Under the pieces are notes generated by a model. The model was not told the DNA's origin and did no database searches. It was given only the letters and a program-made list of their open reading frames with translations. The position numbers and the translations under genes were made by a program. DNA of 64,000 nucleotides from a virus. Of this stretch, positions 1 to 10,632 are shown piece by piece. The DNA lies in IMG/VR virus record IMGVR_UViG_3300020048_000011; one strand, given 5' to 3'. The number at the start of each line of letters is the position of its first letter. The stretch's first letter is position 1.

Positions 1-1281
1 GAAAATGGAGTAGTGATTAGTAGGATGTACGACGCTAATGGTAATCTACTCAGCGAGAATATACCATTAGAACTAGTAGCTAATACTCTATTGGATAATA
101 GAGCAATTAAAAGGATATCACCGTGTTACACAAATGCTGATCTTCAGGACGGTGAGGTGGTGACTGCTGTGCATTACGATGATGCTGGGTTTGTGGTATC
201 TAAAAGACAACTGTTAGTAGAGAACACTGCATATATTAGATCCGTAGACGCTAGCGTCAAATACATAGTAAGTATCTCATTGAAGTCACCATTCATAAGT
301 ACTACTAATGTGAGATTAATACAATATCCAATTAATGTACCACTAGCTGGCCTCAACTTAATTGGTGTAGTTACATACAGTGATGGTCAGGTGGTGGAAT
401 TGCCAGTAGACGGCACTAAGTTTTCTATTTTTGGATTTGAGCAGTATATAGCCACAATAGTGGGACAAAAGATTCAGGTGGTGCTCAAATATGCGTTAGG
501 TCCAAATGAATCAAATTACATATCTAATATTGGCAGCGAAAGACATATATCAGAGATATACGATGCCATCACTACTAATGTGGATGGAAGTTACAATATC
601 AAACTATACGGGTACCCTGTATGGATAAATGCACCTACTAGTACATATAGGCTAGAGTGGTACATGTATAACCTAGACAGGAATATAAAATACAATGTAA
701 CACCGTATGTAGTCATAAATACTGCATATAGAGCATTTGACCCAAATAGCTATGGTGTGGTACAAAGACTCAATGTGTCCCTAAATATTAGAGACGCAAA
801 CGGGTCATACAAGAGCTATATCCATGCGCAGACAATAGATATCATTTTGTCTAAACAAGGAACAGAGCGCATAAACAACTGGACTGTAGGATTTGATCCA
901 GATCAAGATCCAAAATACGGTGTAGGTGTATACACTACAGTAAGATATGTAAGCTCTAGTAGATGGGTGGTAAAAGTAAATTGTAATAGTGCGACATTAA
1001 GTGCATGGTTGGATAAAGTGTATTATAATACACTACCATTATTCGATCCAGCAGTAGAAGCAGCCCCACCTGCACCTACGCATTTTGCACTAATTATAAA
1101 CGGAATTCGTACAGAATATCCAATCAGCAATTGGAATAGTGATATTGTGGTAAATCACGCGGTGACTAACAACTCCACCACGTTTATACAATTCTTTATA
1201 CGTACTAATTCTAGTGATTTACATTTATCAGTAGCCGGTCTACCGACATACTCTGTTGATAGCTCTGGTAATTTTGTGTAA
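1..1281 (+). CDS. phiKZ-like virion structural protein (5' end probably outside window)
   Basis: Frame is open from base 1 (gaa aat gga gta gtg...). 422+ aa beta-rich ORF at the head of a structural cluster; family assignment from recollection only. Confidence 0.5.
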   Translation, partial: ENGVVISRMYDANGNLLSENIPLELVANTLLDNRAIKRISPCYTNADLQDGEVVTAVHYDDAGFVVSKRQLLVENTAYIRSVDASVKYIVSISLKSPFISTTNVRLIQYPINVPLAGLNLIGVVTYSDGQVVELPVDGTKFSIFGFEQYIATIVGQKIQVVLKYALGPNESNYISNIGSERHISEIYDAITTNVDGSYNIKLYGYPVWINAPTSTYRLEWYMYNLDRNIKYNVTPYVVINTAYRAFDPNSYGVVQRLNVSLNIRDANGSYKSYIHAQTIDIILSKQGTERINNWTVGFDPDQDPKYGVGVYTTVRYVSSSRWVVKVNCNSATLSAWLDKVYYNTLPLFDPAVEAAPPAPTHFALIINGIRTEYPISNWNSDIVVNHAVTNNSTTFIQFFIRTNSSDLHLSVAGLPTYSVDSSGNFV

Positions 1282-1402
1282 ACTAAATTACAAATAAATG
1301 ACATTAGTACAGTAAGCCTATTATTGGTTTACTGTACTATTATGTCGTTTCTATATTAAAAATTAAATAATTAAGCACATCTTTTAGAGCAGGAGTTTTT
1401 AA

Positions 1403-4400
1403 ATGAAAAAAGAAATAATTGACACTATTCCAGTTATATTTAGAGCAAAGGATAGGTTACCAATTGATTTTTCTGATGGTCTATCAGTCAAAGAAATTCT
1501 ATTAGATGGACCTAAAGGTAGTAAGGCTATCGGTCATACGCTAGGTGGTCCAGGTGGGCAGGAAATTACCGTTTATGACTTCATGAACTTAATTACTGTA
1601 GCATCTGGTATTAAGAAAACTGAATATAGGTTACCTGTCTATTATGAAGACGGGTTACAGGTAAACGATGAGTTCTTTACTGTATTTCATGACGATAAAC
1701 CGTATAAGCCAAAACCAGAATTAGTACCATTTGTAGCACCAAATGAGTTTGATATTAATAGTTGGATTGAAATGCCAGCTATCGGTACATCAATTACAGG
1801 TATTGGTCCACAGGGCCCTCAGGGCCCTCAAGGTCAAACTGGCCCACAGGGTGAACCAGGCTTAACAGGAGCTACTGGTCCTCAAGGTATCCAAGGCCCA
1901 CAAGGTGCTACTGGTGCCACTGGTGCAGTAGGACCAATTGGACCACAGGGTGTTAAAGGTGATACTGGTGCACAAGGCTCTCAAGGCCAAGCTGGTCCAC
2001 AAGGTCCAGCTGGCACTAATGGCGCACCTGGTCCTCAAGGCCCTGCTGGAACAGATAGCACTGTAGCTGGTCCTCAAGGTGCGCAGGGGTTAACTGGGCC
2101 ACAGGGCCCACAAGGCCCACAAGGCCCAGCTGGGTTAGATTCCACAGTAGCAGGACCACAAGGTCCAACTGGAGTAGATGGTGCTATTGGACCACAGGGC
2201 CCTGTAGGTCCCCAGGGTCTAAAAGGCGATATAGGGTTAACTGGGCCACAGGGTCCTCAAGGTCCTCAAGGACCACAGGGACCGCAAGGTCTACAAGGTG
2301 CTGATGGCGTAAGTGATATCCCAGGACCAGTGGGTCTACAAGGACCAGAAGGCATGATGGGCCCCACAGGTCCACAAGGACCAATTGGACCAGAAGGCCC
2401 AGCCAGCACAGTAGCTGGCCCCCAAGGCCCACAAGGCATTCAAGGCCCAGCTGGGTTAGATTCCACAGTAGCTGGCCCTCAAGGTATAATTGGCCCAATG
2501 GGACCACAGGGACCTAAAGGAGATAAAGGTGACACAGGCGAACAAGGACCGACAGGAGCTACTGGACTCACAGGTCCACAAGGGCTTGCTGGACAAGATA
2601 GCACCGTTGCTGGGCCTCAAGGTCCGCAAGGAGTTATGGGTCCTCCTGGGGATACCGGACCCATGGGTCCGCAGGGAGCAGACAGCACAGTGCCAGGACC
2701 ACAGGGACTACAAGGACCAGAAGGACCTCAGGGCCCAATTGGGGTTACAGGACCTAAAGGAGATACAGGGCCTACAGGACCTAAAGGAGATACGGGACTC
2801 ACAGGCCCAGAAGGACCTGAGGGACCTACTGGACAAGCGTCTACAATCCCAGGTCCAACAGGGCCTCAGGGATTACAGGGTATACAGGGACCAAAGGGTG
2901 ACACCGGAGACCAGGGCTTACAGGGACTCACAGGGCCGCAAGGCATACAGGGTATACAGGGACCAAAGGGCGACACTGGAGACCAGGGCCCAACTGGTTT
3001 AACTGGCCAGCAGGGTGTTAAAGGTGATACTGGAGATACTGGACCCCAGGGCCCAGTAGGTAACGATGGTGTAAGTGACATACCAGGACCACAGGGTCCA
3101 ATTGGGCCCATTGGTTTAACTGGTCCAGAAGGCCCACAGGGACCAATAGGTCCACAGGGTATTCAAGGTATACAGGGTCTAACAGGACCACAAGGTCCAG
3201 CTGGAGCAGATGGTGTAAGTGATATTCCAGGACCACAGGGCCCTGCTGGTGCTGAAGGGTTGATGGGGCCTACCGGACCACAAGGACCAATTGGACCAGA
3301 AGGCCCAGCCAGTACAGTAGCTGGACCGCAGGGTATTCAAGGCCCCAAAGGTGACACTGGCGACACAGGGCCACAAGGACCTAAAGGCGATACTGGGCTT
3401 CAAGGTATACAAGGGTTGACTGGCGACATAGGCCCACAAGGACCTAAAGGTGATACTGGCGCAGATAGTACAGTTGAAGGTCCACAGGGTATTCAAGGAT
3501 CAATTGGTTTAACTGGACCTAAAGGCGATACAGGAGACATTGGTCCACAGGGTATTCAGGGTATTCAAGGTCCAGTTGGATTACAAGGACCAATCGGACC
3601 AGAAGGCCCACAAGGCATTAAAGGCGATGAGGGTTTAGTTGGTTTACAAGGCGATGTTGGTGATACAGGACCTGTAGGACCTAAAGGGGATACTGGAGAT
3701 ACTGGACCACAGGGTATTCAAGGACCTAAAGGGGATACTGGTGATACTGGACCACAGGGTATTCAAGGACCTAAAGGGGATACTGGTGATACTGGACCAC
3801 AGGGTATTCAGGGTTTGACTGGAGCTACTGGCCCACAAGGTTTAGCTGGTGATGACGGTGTGAGTGATATTCCAGGACCACAGGGCCCAATTGGGCCCAC
3901 TGGGCCACAGGGACCTAAAGGTGATACTGGCGCAGATTCTGTAGTACCAGGTCCAGAAGGACCGCAAGGTATCCAGGGAGCAACTGGGCCAATAGGTCCA
4001 CAAGGACCACAGGGTATACAAGGAACTCAGGGCCCTACAGGACCTACAGGTCCAACCGGTCCAGCTGGTGCAGATAGTACAGTTGAAGGTCCACGTGGGC
4101 CAGTAGGGCTAACTGGCCCACAAGGTATCCAGGGTCTCACAGGCCCACAAGGCCCACAAGGTGACCAAGGTATCCAAGGACCAATTGGTCTCACTGGACC
4201 AGCTGGTGCAGATAGTGTAGTGCCAGGGCCTAAAGGGGATACTGGCGATACTGGCCCACAGGGTATTCAGGGTATACAAGGACCACCTGGTGTAGATGGT
4301 ACAGGTGGAGGTTCATTAGCTAATATAGCTATATTTAATACTACGTCTAGATATCAAATAGAACCAGTGTTAGGACAAACAGCATGGTGCGTATCGGCAT

Positions 4401-4969
4401 CTACTGTACATGCATTTTTACAATGGGTAAGAGACACTACATCACTCACAATTACACACGCTGCGCACGGTAGAAGCGTAGGGGACCGTGTAATAATTAG
4501 AGGTGCAGCTGTTAATTATTTAAATGCACTAATTATATCTGTGACTACAGATACGTTTACTGTGGATTGTTTGGATTCAGGCGCTACATCAGGTACAGCA
4601 TGCTCATATACAAATGGATTCACATTTGCACATAATGCAAGTGCAGGTAGCATTTCGTCTTGTGCATTAACTGCACCTAATAACTGTGACGTAGTGTTGC
4701 TGTCAATTAGAATACACTTGAAAGCAGGCACTCGTACAGGTACCACATACAGAATTGCTATACCAAATTCTAGCATTAATGGTGGTGGTGATAATACAAG
4801 TAATGATACTGTATATGCACCGTTACACCAGGTGAGACAAGACACAGACATAATGCCTGTAGTCACCAGTACAATATACATGAATCAATCTGGTTCTAAC
4901 TATTCTACATTCCAACTTAATGCATTACCGGCTAGCACATCCGGTATCATTATGTTATTACAATTTTAA
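1403..4969 (+). CDS. collagen-like fibre protein (about 830 aa of Gly-X-Y repeats, globular N- and C-termini)
   Basis: GPQ/GPT/GDT triplets from about 1800 to 4310, with recurring interruptions (DSTVA, VSDIP). RBS ggag upstream. Confidence 0.85.
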   Translation: MKKEIIDTIPVIFRAKDRLPIDFSDGLSVKEILLDGPKGSKAIGHTLGGPGGQEITVYDFMNLITVASGIKKTEYRLPVYYEDGLQVNDEFFTVFHDDKPYKPKPELVPFVAPNEFDINSWIEMPAIGTSITGIGPQGPQGPQGQTGPQGEPGLTGATGPQGIQGPQGATGATGAVGPIGPQGVKGDTGAQGSQGQAGPQGPAGTNGAPGPQGPAGTDSTVAGPQGAQGLTGPQGPQGPQGPAGLDSTVAGPQGPTGVDGAIGPQGPVGPQGLKGDIGLTGPQGPQGPQGPQGPQGLQGADGVSDIPGPVGLQGPEGMMGPTGPQGPIGPEGPASTVAGPQGPQGIQGPAGLDSTVAGPQGIIGPMGPQGPKGDKGDTGEQGPTGATGLTGPQGLAGQDSTVAGPQGPQGVMGPPGDTGPMGPQGADSTVPGPQGLQGPEGPQGPIGVTGPKGDTGPTGPKGDTGLTGPEGPEGPTGQASTIPGPTGPQGLQGIQGPKGDTGDQGLQGLTGPQGIQGIQGPKGDTGDQGPTGLTGQQGVKGDTGDTGPQGPVGNDGVSDIPGPQGPIGPIGLTGPEGPQGPIGPQGIQGIQGLTGPQGPAGADGVSDIPGPQGPAGAEGLMGPTGPQGPIGPEGPASTVAGPQGIQGPKGDTGDTGPQGPKGDTGLQGIQGLTGDIGPQGPKGDTGADSTVEGPQGIQGSIGLTGPKGDTGDIGPQGIQGIQGPVGLQGPIGPEGPQGIKGDEGLVGLQGDVGDTGPVGPKGDTGDTGPQGIQGPKGDTGDTGPQGIQGPKGDTGDTGPQGIQGLTGATGPQGLAGDDGVSDIPGPQGPIGPTGPQGPKGDTGADSVVPGPEGPQGIQGATGPIGPQGPQGIQGTQGPTGPTGPTGPAGADSTVEGPRGPVGLTGPQGIQGLTGPQGPQGDQGIQGPIGLTGPAGADSVVPGPKGDTGDTGPQGIQGIQGPPGVDGTGGGSLANIAIFNTTSRYQIEPVLGQTAWCVSASTVHAFLQWVRDTTSLTITHAAHGRSVGDRVIIRGAAVNYLNALIISVTTDTFTVDCLDSGATSGTACSYTNGFTFAHNASAGSISSCALTAPNNCDVVLLSIRIHLKAGTRTGTTYRIAIPNSSINGGGDNTSNDTVYAPLHQVRQDTDIMPVVTSTIYMNQSGSNYSTFQLNALPASTSGIIMLLQF

Positions 4970-4979
4970 AGGAGCATAA

Positions 4980-5672
4980 ATGGCCCGAATAATAAATGGC
5001 GCTCTTTATGTTGATGCATTTACCGCTACTGAAAATTCTGGTGAATATGTCTTCGAAAATGCACTATTCAATAATCAAAACGATATTACTGGAAACGGTG
5101 CATTTGATTTAGCTGTTGGCTTTGTGATATTTATACCTGCTACAAATAGAGACTCAGGTGCAGCCTTAGCTGGTGTGAGTAATAGGTATAAATTCACCAG
5201 TCTTCAGTACATAGATCAATTGCGCGTATCAGGTACAATTATATGGGATAGTTCAGATGAGGAAATAGATGTACCTACAAATGGTACTTTCTGTTTAGTT
5301 TCACAGACTACGCCCAACTTAGGTTTAGCACTGACAGCACCAGATAACTTTTATCCTGATGTACTAGGTGGTAGCACATTAGCAGCAATGCTAAGTGATA
5401 TCATCAACATCATGGATAAGTTAGGTACTGGATCAGGAGCTTTACAAAGCAGATCATCCACAATACTGCCCATTATAACAGATGGACAAACTACATTCAG
5501 TATACCGCATGTGCCTACTGATAAAACTAGTACAATATTAACAGTCAACGGAATGACATATGTTTATGGCGAATCTAACGATTATACGATCGACGGTTCT
5601 ACATTGACATGGATGGATTATTCCATGAAATTGGATACGACAGATAGTATGGTGATCAATTATTCGTATTGA
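4980..5672 (+). CDS. putative tail/fibre-associated structural protein
   Basis: C-terminal module GQTTF...VNG...DYT...LTW...VINY resembles those in the 5723 and 9694 ORFs. RBS aggag. Confidence 0.5.
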   Translation: MARIINGALYVDAFTATENSGEYVFENALFNNQNDITGNGAFDLAVGFVIFIPATNRDSGAALAGVSNRYKFTSLQYIDQLRVSGTIIWDSSDEEIDVPTNGTFCLVSQTTPNLGLALTAPDNFYPDVLGGSTLAAMLSDIINIMDKLGTGSGALQSRSSTILPIITDGQTTFSIPHVPTDKTSTILTVNGMTYVYGESNDYTIDGSTLTWMDYSMKLDTTDSMVINYSY

Positions 5673-5722
5673 CACGTTTTTAGTTTTTCGGTGTTCCTTT
5701 CTTTTTTATAAGGTTTTTGAAA

Positions 5723-6817
5723 ATGAGCTCAACCCAAATTCGCGGCTTGCAACTTCGTTTAGCCACAATTCCTCGTGACCGTATTGATGCAGCTTTTGAA
5801 GCTTCATTGGCCGCCATTGAATCCAATGTCACTAGCATCTTCAACACGATGTCTACTGATAGCGAACGCATGGCCGCTGTCGAAGCTTTGACCACTGCAT
5901 TTCAAGGCGCAGATACCACCCTCCAAGGTGCTATCACTAGCCTAGTCAACGCTACTCGCGCCGGTGCTGGCCTTGAAGCTGATGGTTCTTTGGTTCTTGG
6001 TGATACCAACTATCTTGGCGCTTCTGCTTCTTTGAAGGCAGCCCTTCTTGCACTTGATGCAGCTCTGAAAGTTGAAGCCGATGCACGCATCGCTGCTGAC
6101 GCTGCCCTAGCTTCTGACATTGCTACTTTGACCACTGCTTCCAGCACTGCATTGACCGATGCTATTGCCACTGCTGCTGCTGCTCAAGCTATCATCGACG
6201 CTGCACAAGACGCTGCTCTTGCTACTGAAGTCATAGCTCGTACAAATGCTGACTCTGGCGCTGCTACAGCACTTGCCAATGAAGTCACTGCACGTACAAA
6301 CTCAGACAACACATTGTCTACAGCTATTGCTGATGAAGCAACTGCTCGTACCAATGCAGTTTCATCTGAAGCCACTACACGCGCTACTGCTGACACGACT
6401 CTGCAATCAAACATTGATGCAGAAGCGCTTGCCCGCACGAATGCTGATGGCGTACATACTGCTGCTATTGCTGATGAAGTCACCGCACGTGGCGTCGCTG
6501 TAACTGCTGAAGCTGCTGCACGTGTTGCTGCTGATGAAGCTCTTGATGCACGTATCGACACTATCGAAGGCAATGTTCAGTTTGGTCTTACCTATGACAA
6601 ACTAGTTACCCGTGAAACACCCGCTGGTGATGTAGATGGCGTAAATGCTGTGTTCACACTTGCAAATGTTCCCCATGCCGGTACTGAAACAGTGTTCCTG
6701 AATGGTTTGATGCTTGAACCAGGCGCTACCAATGATTATACATTAGTCGGACAGGAGATCACTTTGACTGCAGCACCATTGACTGGTGACCGCGTTAAAG
6801 TGAGCTATTTTCGCTGA
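5723..6817 (+). CDS. Ala-rich coiled-coil fibre/structural protein
   Basis: Repeats of the form A.E..AR..AD, plus C-terminal GDVDGVNAVFTL...FLNG...DYTL...APLTGDRVKVSY module. Confidence 0.6.
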   Translation: MSSTQIRGLQLRLATIPRDRIDAAFEASLAAIESNVTSIFNTMSTDSERMAAVEALTTAFQGADTTLQGAITSLVNATRAGAGLEADGSLVLGDTNYLGASASLKAALLALDAALKVEADARIAADAALASDIATLTTASSTALTDAIATAAAAQAIIDAAQDAALATEVIARTNADSGAATALANEVTARTNSDNTLSTAIADEATARTNAVSSEATTRATADTTLQSNIDAEALARTNADGVHTAAIADEVTARGVAVTAEAAARVAADEALDARIDTIEGNVQFGLTYDKLVTRETPAGDVDGVNAVFTLANVPHAGTETVFLNGLMLEPGATNDYTLVGQEITLTAAPLTGDRVKVSYFR

Positions 6818-6979
6818 TAGTGTAAGTACCTTAGGTGCGCTTTGGGGCGATCCGGCTACTAGCTGGGCAGATCCAAATGCCACTTGGCCTTAATTAATAA
6901 CTAAGCCTAACTAAGTAATAATGGTCCTTACATTCGTGTAAGGACCATTATGTCATTTTATAAACAGAAAAGGTAGATC

Positions 6980-8926
6980 ATGTCAATTACACAATTGAAT
7001 GGTAAGAAACAGATCAAGTCAGCTACTCTTGATTTGGGGCGCCTAGAGCTTGATTTCCTAAAGTCACAAGACTGGGATATCAACCAAGGTAGTGCCGATC
7101 CAGGTACGATTACGGGTATTCCTAATCCTACACAGACACTGGATGTAGCTAATAAAGCATATGTGGACTCAGCCGTTTCTGGCGGCGGTGTCATTGGTAT
7201 CGGTGCAGCTGAAGATGGATCATACACAGATGGTCTGTTTGGTGACTTCACACAAAATACAAACATTGGTACAGCTGTAGATCGTTTTAACGAAGTGCTG
7301 AAAGCACTAGCTCCATCACCAGCACCAGCATTGACTACAGCTAATAGCTCAGTAGGTTCATTGAGTGGTAAACTGAGTTTCGATGCTACACATTCGATCG
7401 CTGGCGTTACTGCAGTACCTGCACAGTTAATCAACTCAGCATTTAATGTAAGTGGTAATGTACGTGGTATTATTAATACATCCACAGCAGTTACAGCTAC
7501 ATTAGCACAAAACGTAGTACCTAGCTATGCAAATTCACGCCCATATCCAAACTATGCGTTTGGTGATGCTGACCAAGGTAAACTACATTTAGAAGTAAAC
7601 GGCACTGTCGTACAAACTACAGACCTGACTACATTTGGTTCAGGTTCTAGTGTAAATGGCAATGGTTCTGGTTTTACATTGTCAGCACCTACATCTGTTA
7701 AGTTTGATAACGGCAATGCATTGGATTTGTTCAAATACAGAACAGGTACTGTGAACATATCCGCAGCTGCTATGGTACCTGGATATAATGTTGTAAGGGT
7801 ACGCCATGAATATGCAACAGGGTTATACAGAGATACTAATTCTACTACTTGGGTGGTGGATAATGATGTTACAGCTACTAGTTATGCTGATGCTACATTA
7901 GACAACCTGAGCATGACAGGTAGCAAGTATCTGAGTGGTGTGCGTTATCATACTGGTGGTGGTGCTAATTATGGTATCACTATTAAGAATGCATACAAAA
8001 ACACTTATAGTGCTAGTGCTAGCGCAATTAGCTTTAACGGTACTAATTGCACTGCTTCTGCTTTGTCTTTGGCCAACATGTCGGTATACACAGATGACGT
8101 GACACTCAGTGGACGTGCAGTCACTGTAAACGCTACACGTTTGTTGAACAACGCTATCTCTATTAGTACATCCACATTACGTACAGTACAATCTACAATT
8201 ACATCTAGCGCTAGCTCGATTAGTGGGTTATTGACTGACACAGTGAGCGATGATGCTACAGCTACTAATGAAACATTCAATGGCGAAGGCTATCGTATTC
8301 ATAGTGGTGTAGTGTTGACAGATGTGGCTTATGGTGCTGGTGGTGGTGCGTCTTCTAGCTATACATGGGATTCTGCCCAGAATCTGATTGATGGCTCAGC
8401 TACGCATAACACCGGTCTATTGATTTCCAATGGTGAACTGACATATCCTACTAATACTACCCACATCGGTACGATTAGCAATGGTGACTTCAGTGTAGCT
8501 GCAAATGGTTATGCTGCAAATGCTAACTATTCATTGGCATCTGGAAACCGCACATATTTGCGCTATTTCTATACTGCTACAGCTAAGAGCAACTTCAAAC
8601 TTGCTGTTACTGCAACAGGTACTACATTTGTATCAGTGGCTACTGGTGCATCTGGTAACAACCTCACGATGGAAATCCTAGCTCCTAACACCACAGTGAA
8701 TGCTGGTGGTGCTGTAGTGTGGAAAGATGGCGTGGTCGCCCATAGTGGTAATGATACTGATGTCGGCTGCTATGCAGGCACATTTGGTAACACACAACCC
8801 ACTAACTGGGGTATGACTCTGGGTGCCAAGAATACATCAACTTCAGGCAAAGTGATTGTGGTGAAAGTGACTGCTAGTTCCGGATGGACTGGTAAGATCT
8901 CTAGCATTGCACTTACTTGGCTATAA
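6980..8926 (+). CDS. Ser/Thr/Gly-rich beta-structured virion protein
   Basis: 648-aa ORF with a DVANKAYVD fibre-type motif, in the structural cluster. Confidence 0.55.
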   Translation: MSITQLNGKKQIKSATLDLGRLELDFLKSQDWDINQGSADPGTITGIPNPTQTLDVANKAYVDSAVSGGGVIGIGAAEDGSYTDGLFGDFTQNTNIGTAVDRFNEVLKALAPSPAPALTTANSSVGSLSGKLSFDATHSIAGVTAVPAQLINSAFNVSGNVRGIINTSTAVTATLAQNVVPSYANSRPYPNYAFGDADQGKLHLEVNGTVVQTTDLTTFGSGSSVNGNGSGFTLSAPTSVKFDNGNALDLFKYRTGTVNISAAAMVPGYNVVRVRHEYATGLYRDTNSTTWVVDNDVTATSYADATLDNLSMTGSKYLSGVRYHTGGGANYGITIKNAYKNTYSASASAISFNGTNCTASALSLANMSVYTDDVTLSGRAVTVNATRLLNNAISISTSTLRTVQSTITSSASSISGLLTDTVSDDATATNETFNGEGYRIHSGVVLTDVAYGAGGGASSSYTWDSAQNLIDGSATHNTGLLISNGELTYPTNTTHIGTISNGDFSVAANGYAANANYSLASGNRTYLRYFYTATAKSNFKLAVTATGTTFVSVATGASGNNLTMEILAPNTTVNAGGAVVWKDGVVAHSGNDTDVGCYAGTFGNTQPTNWGMTLGAKNTSTSGKVIVVKVTASSGWTGKISSIALTWL

Positions 8927-8942
8927 TTAGGAGTATACTAAA

Positions 8943-9692
8943 ATGGCATTCACTTCTGATACCAAAGCAAATGTAGCCTCAGTTAATCCTGAAATAGTCA
9001 GGTTAGCATTATTGGAAAATAAAGATAAATATTACACATATTCTTTAAATGACCAAGATAAACCTTTCTATATAGGTAAAGGGAAGAACGAAAGAATATT
9101 CTTTCATGAGAAGGAGTTAGCGCACCCTACTGGGAAATCAAATAGACATAAATTAAGCATGTTAAAAAATGCTATTAGTGATGGTTCACTAACATACACT
9201 ATACAAGAGTTCTTCACAGATCCAAAGGAGGCATTAGCTCGTGAGAAAGAATCAATTGCTTTATATGGTAGAGAAAATCTAACTAATCTAACAGATGGTG
9301 GCGATGGTGCAATAAATCTATCACATGAAGCTATAGAAAGCATGAGATCAAAACTCACCGGTAGACCAGGCCCCAACAAAGGCAAAACTCTTTCTGAAGA
9401 ATCTAAACAGAAAATGAGTGAAGCTAAGAAAGGCAGACCAGCGCATAATAAAGGCGCTACGATGTCCGATGAAACAAGAACTAAAATGGCTGTTGCTAAA
9501 CTAGGTAAACCAGCGCATAATAAAGGTGTGCCTATGTCAGAAGAAACTAAGGCTAAGATGGCTGAATCAGCCAGTAAAAGCCATTGGAGTAAGACTAAAG
9601 CGTTTAGCGACAGATATCCTAATACTGTATATGGTATTAGATCCGACGTGGCAAGCGCTATATCTACTTCAAACACCATGGAGGTAAATTAA
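8943..9692 (+). CDS. free-standing GIY-YIG-type homing endonuclease with NUMOD3 repeats
   Basis: YTY...PFYIGKG..R...H...E...I...LTNLTDGGDG nuclease motif. Three to four NKG..(L/M)SEE(S/T)K.KM NUMOD3-like repeats. Confidence 0.75.
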   Translation: MAFTSDTKANVASVNPEIVRLALLENKDKYYTYSLNDQDKPFYIGKGKNERIFFHEKELAHPTGKSNRHKLSMLKNAISDGSLTYTIQEFFTDPKEALAREKESIALYGRENLTNLTDGGDGAINLSHEAIESMRSKLTGRPGPNKGKTLSEESKQKMSEAKKGRPAHNKGATMSDETRTKMAVAKLGKPAHNKGVPMSEETKAKMAESASKSHWSKTKAFSDRYPNTVYGIRSDVASAISTSNTMEVN

Positions 9693-9693
9693 A

Positions 9694-10533
9694 ATGGCGT
9701 TTCTTGATCAATCAAAATCTAATATCGCCTATAAGTTAGCTTTAGGCAAAATCCACACTAACAATGGACGCGAGTCTTTTAATGAGCCAGAAAGCACATT
9801 GCCTATCTCCATGGGCCAATATGCATGGGCGCAAAAGATTCATCCAGTCACACCTAATGATTCCAGTAACAGCGGAGTAGTATCGAGTCTAATCACTCTA
9901 ACACTATCTGCAGTATCTGGTACTGACGGCACTGGTGTACCATCTGCATATTACTGCAAACTGGGTGCTTCTGTACCTGCTGATTTGGTCGGTAAGATTA
10001 ATCCACGCACAGGTGTAGCATACGCAGCATTTGACCGAGTAGGAAATATCATCCCAGCATCAGCTGGCGCTGCATATCGTCCTAAGCTACTCAATGGTGC
10101 TGTAGAAACTACACCAATGGATGCATCTGACTGGTTCATTGATTGTTTTGCTGGCGTAGTGACGCAGGAAACAGATGTACCAGCTAGCATGGTTAACTAT
10201 GGTAGCAACGGTACTGTACAAGCTTACATTTATGTAGGTAAGACAGTAGCTGATGCTATTAGTCAAGCACAGGCCACTGCATCGGCTACTACTTATCACG
10301 ATAAGAAGACCGTAGGTAATGGTGTTACTGGTGCTTTGGATGGCGTTAACCGTGTGTTTGAACTGACAAATGTGCCTGATGCAAACAGTGAACATGTCTA
10401 CATCAACGGTGTGTTGCAAGCATCTGGGGCATTAGCTGATTACACACTTAGCGGTGCTGTAATTACATTTGCTGCATACGCAGTGCCCACTAGTTTGGAT
10501 ATTCTTACTGTAAGTTATCGCGTTACAGTGTAA
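9694..10533 (+). CDS. virion structural protein
   Basis: C-terminal GALDGVNRVFEL...INGVLQ...DYTL...D.LTVSY module shared with the 5723 ORF. Confidence 0.55.
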   Translation: MAFLDQSKSNIAYKLALGKIHTNNGRESFNEPESTLPISMGQYAWAQKIHPVTPNDSSNSGVVSSLITLTLSAVSGTDGTGVPSAYYCKLGASVPADLVGKINPRTGVAYAAFDRVGNIIPASAGAAYRPKLLNGAVETTPMDASDWFIDCFAGVVTQETDVPASMVNYGSNGTVQAYIYVGKTVADAISQAQATASATTYHDKKTVGNGVTGALDGVNRVFELTNVPDANSEHVYINGVLQASGALADYTLSGAVITFAAYAVPTSLDILTVSYRVTV

Positions 10534-10552
10534 TACAAAATAGTACATGCAT

Positions 10553-10592
10553 ATAGCACTGAGACAGGTGATCACCTGTCTCAGTGCTATTA
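10553..10592. terminator. perfect palindromic stem-loop (representative of a genome-wide family)
   Basis: ATAGCACTGAGACAGGTGATCACCTGTCTCAGTGCTAT. Related hairpins near 1308, 6920, 12410, 18688, 22798, 31734, 32003, 38860, 42260, 46072, 49853, 54297, 56858, 58020 and 62737. Confidence 0.55.
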
Positions 10593-10632
10593 TGACATGA
10601 CTCAGATACTATGAACATATAAGGAATTGATT

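Noticed and set aside
8943-9692. Endonuclease inside an intron or intein of the 9694 gene
   Set aside because: No P/Q/R/S group I elements and no intein terminal motifs. The ORF ends with its own stop and a new RBS/ATG follows.
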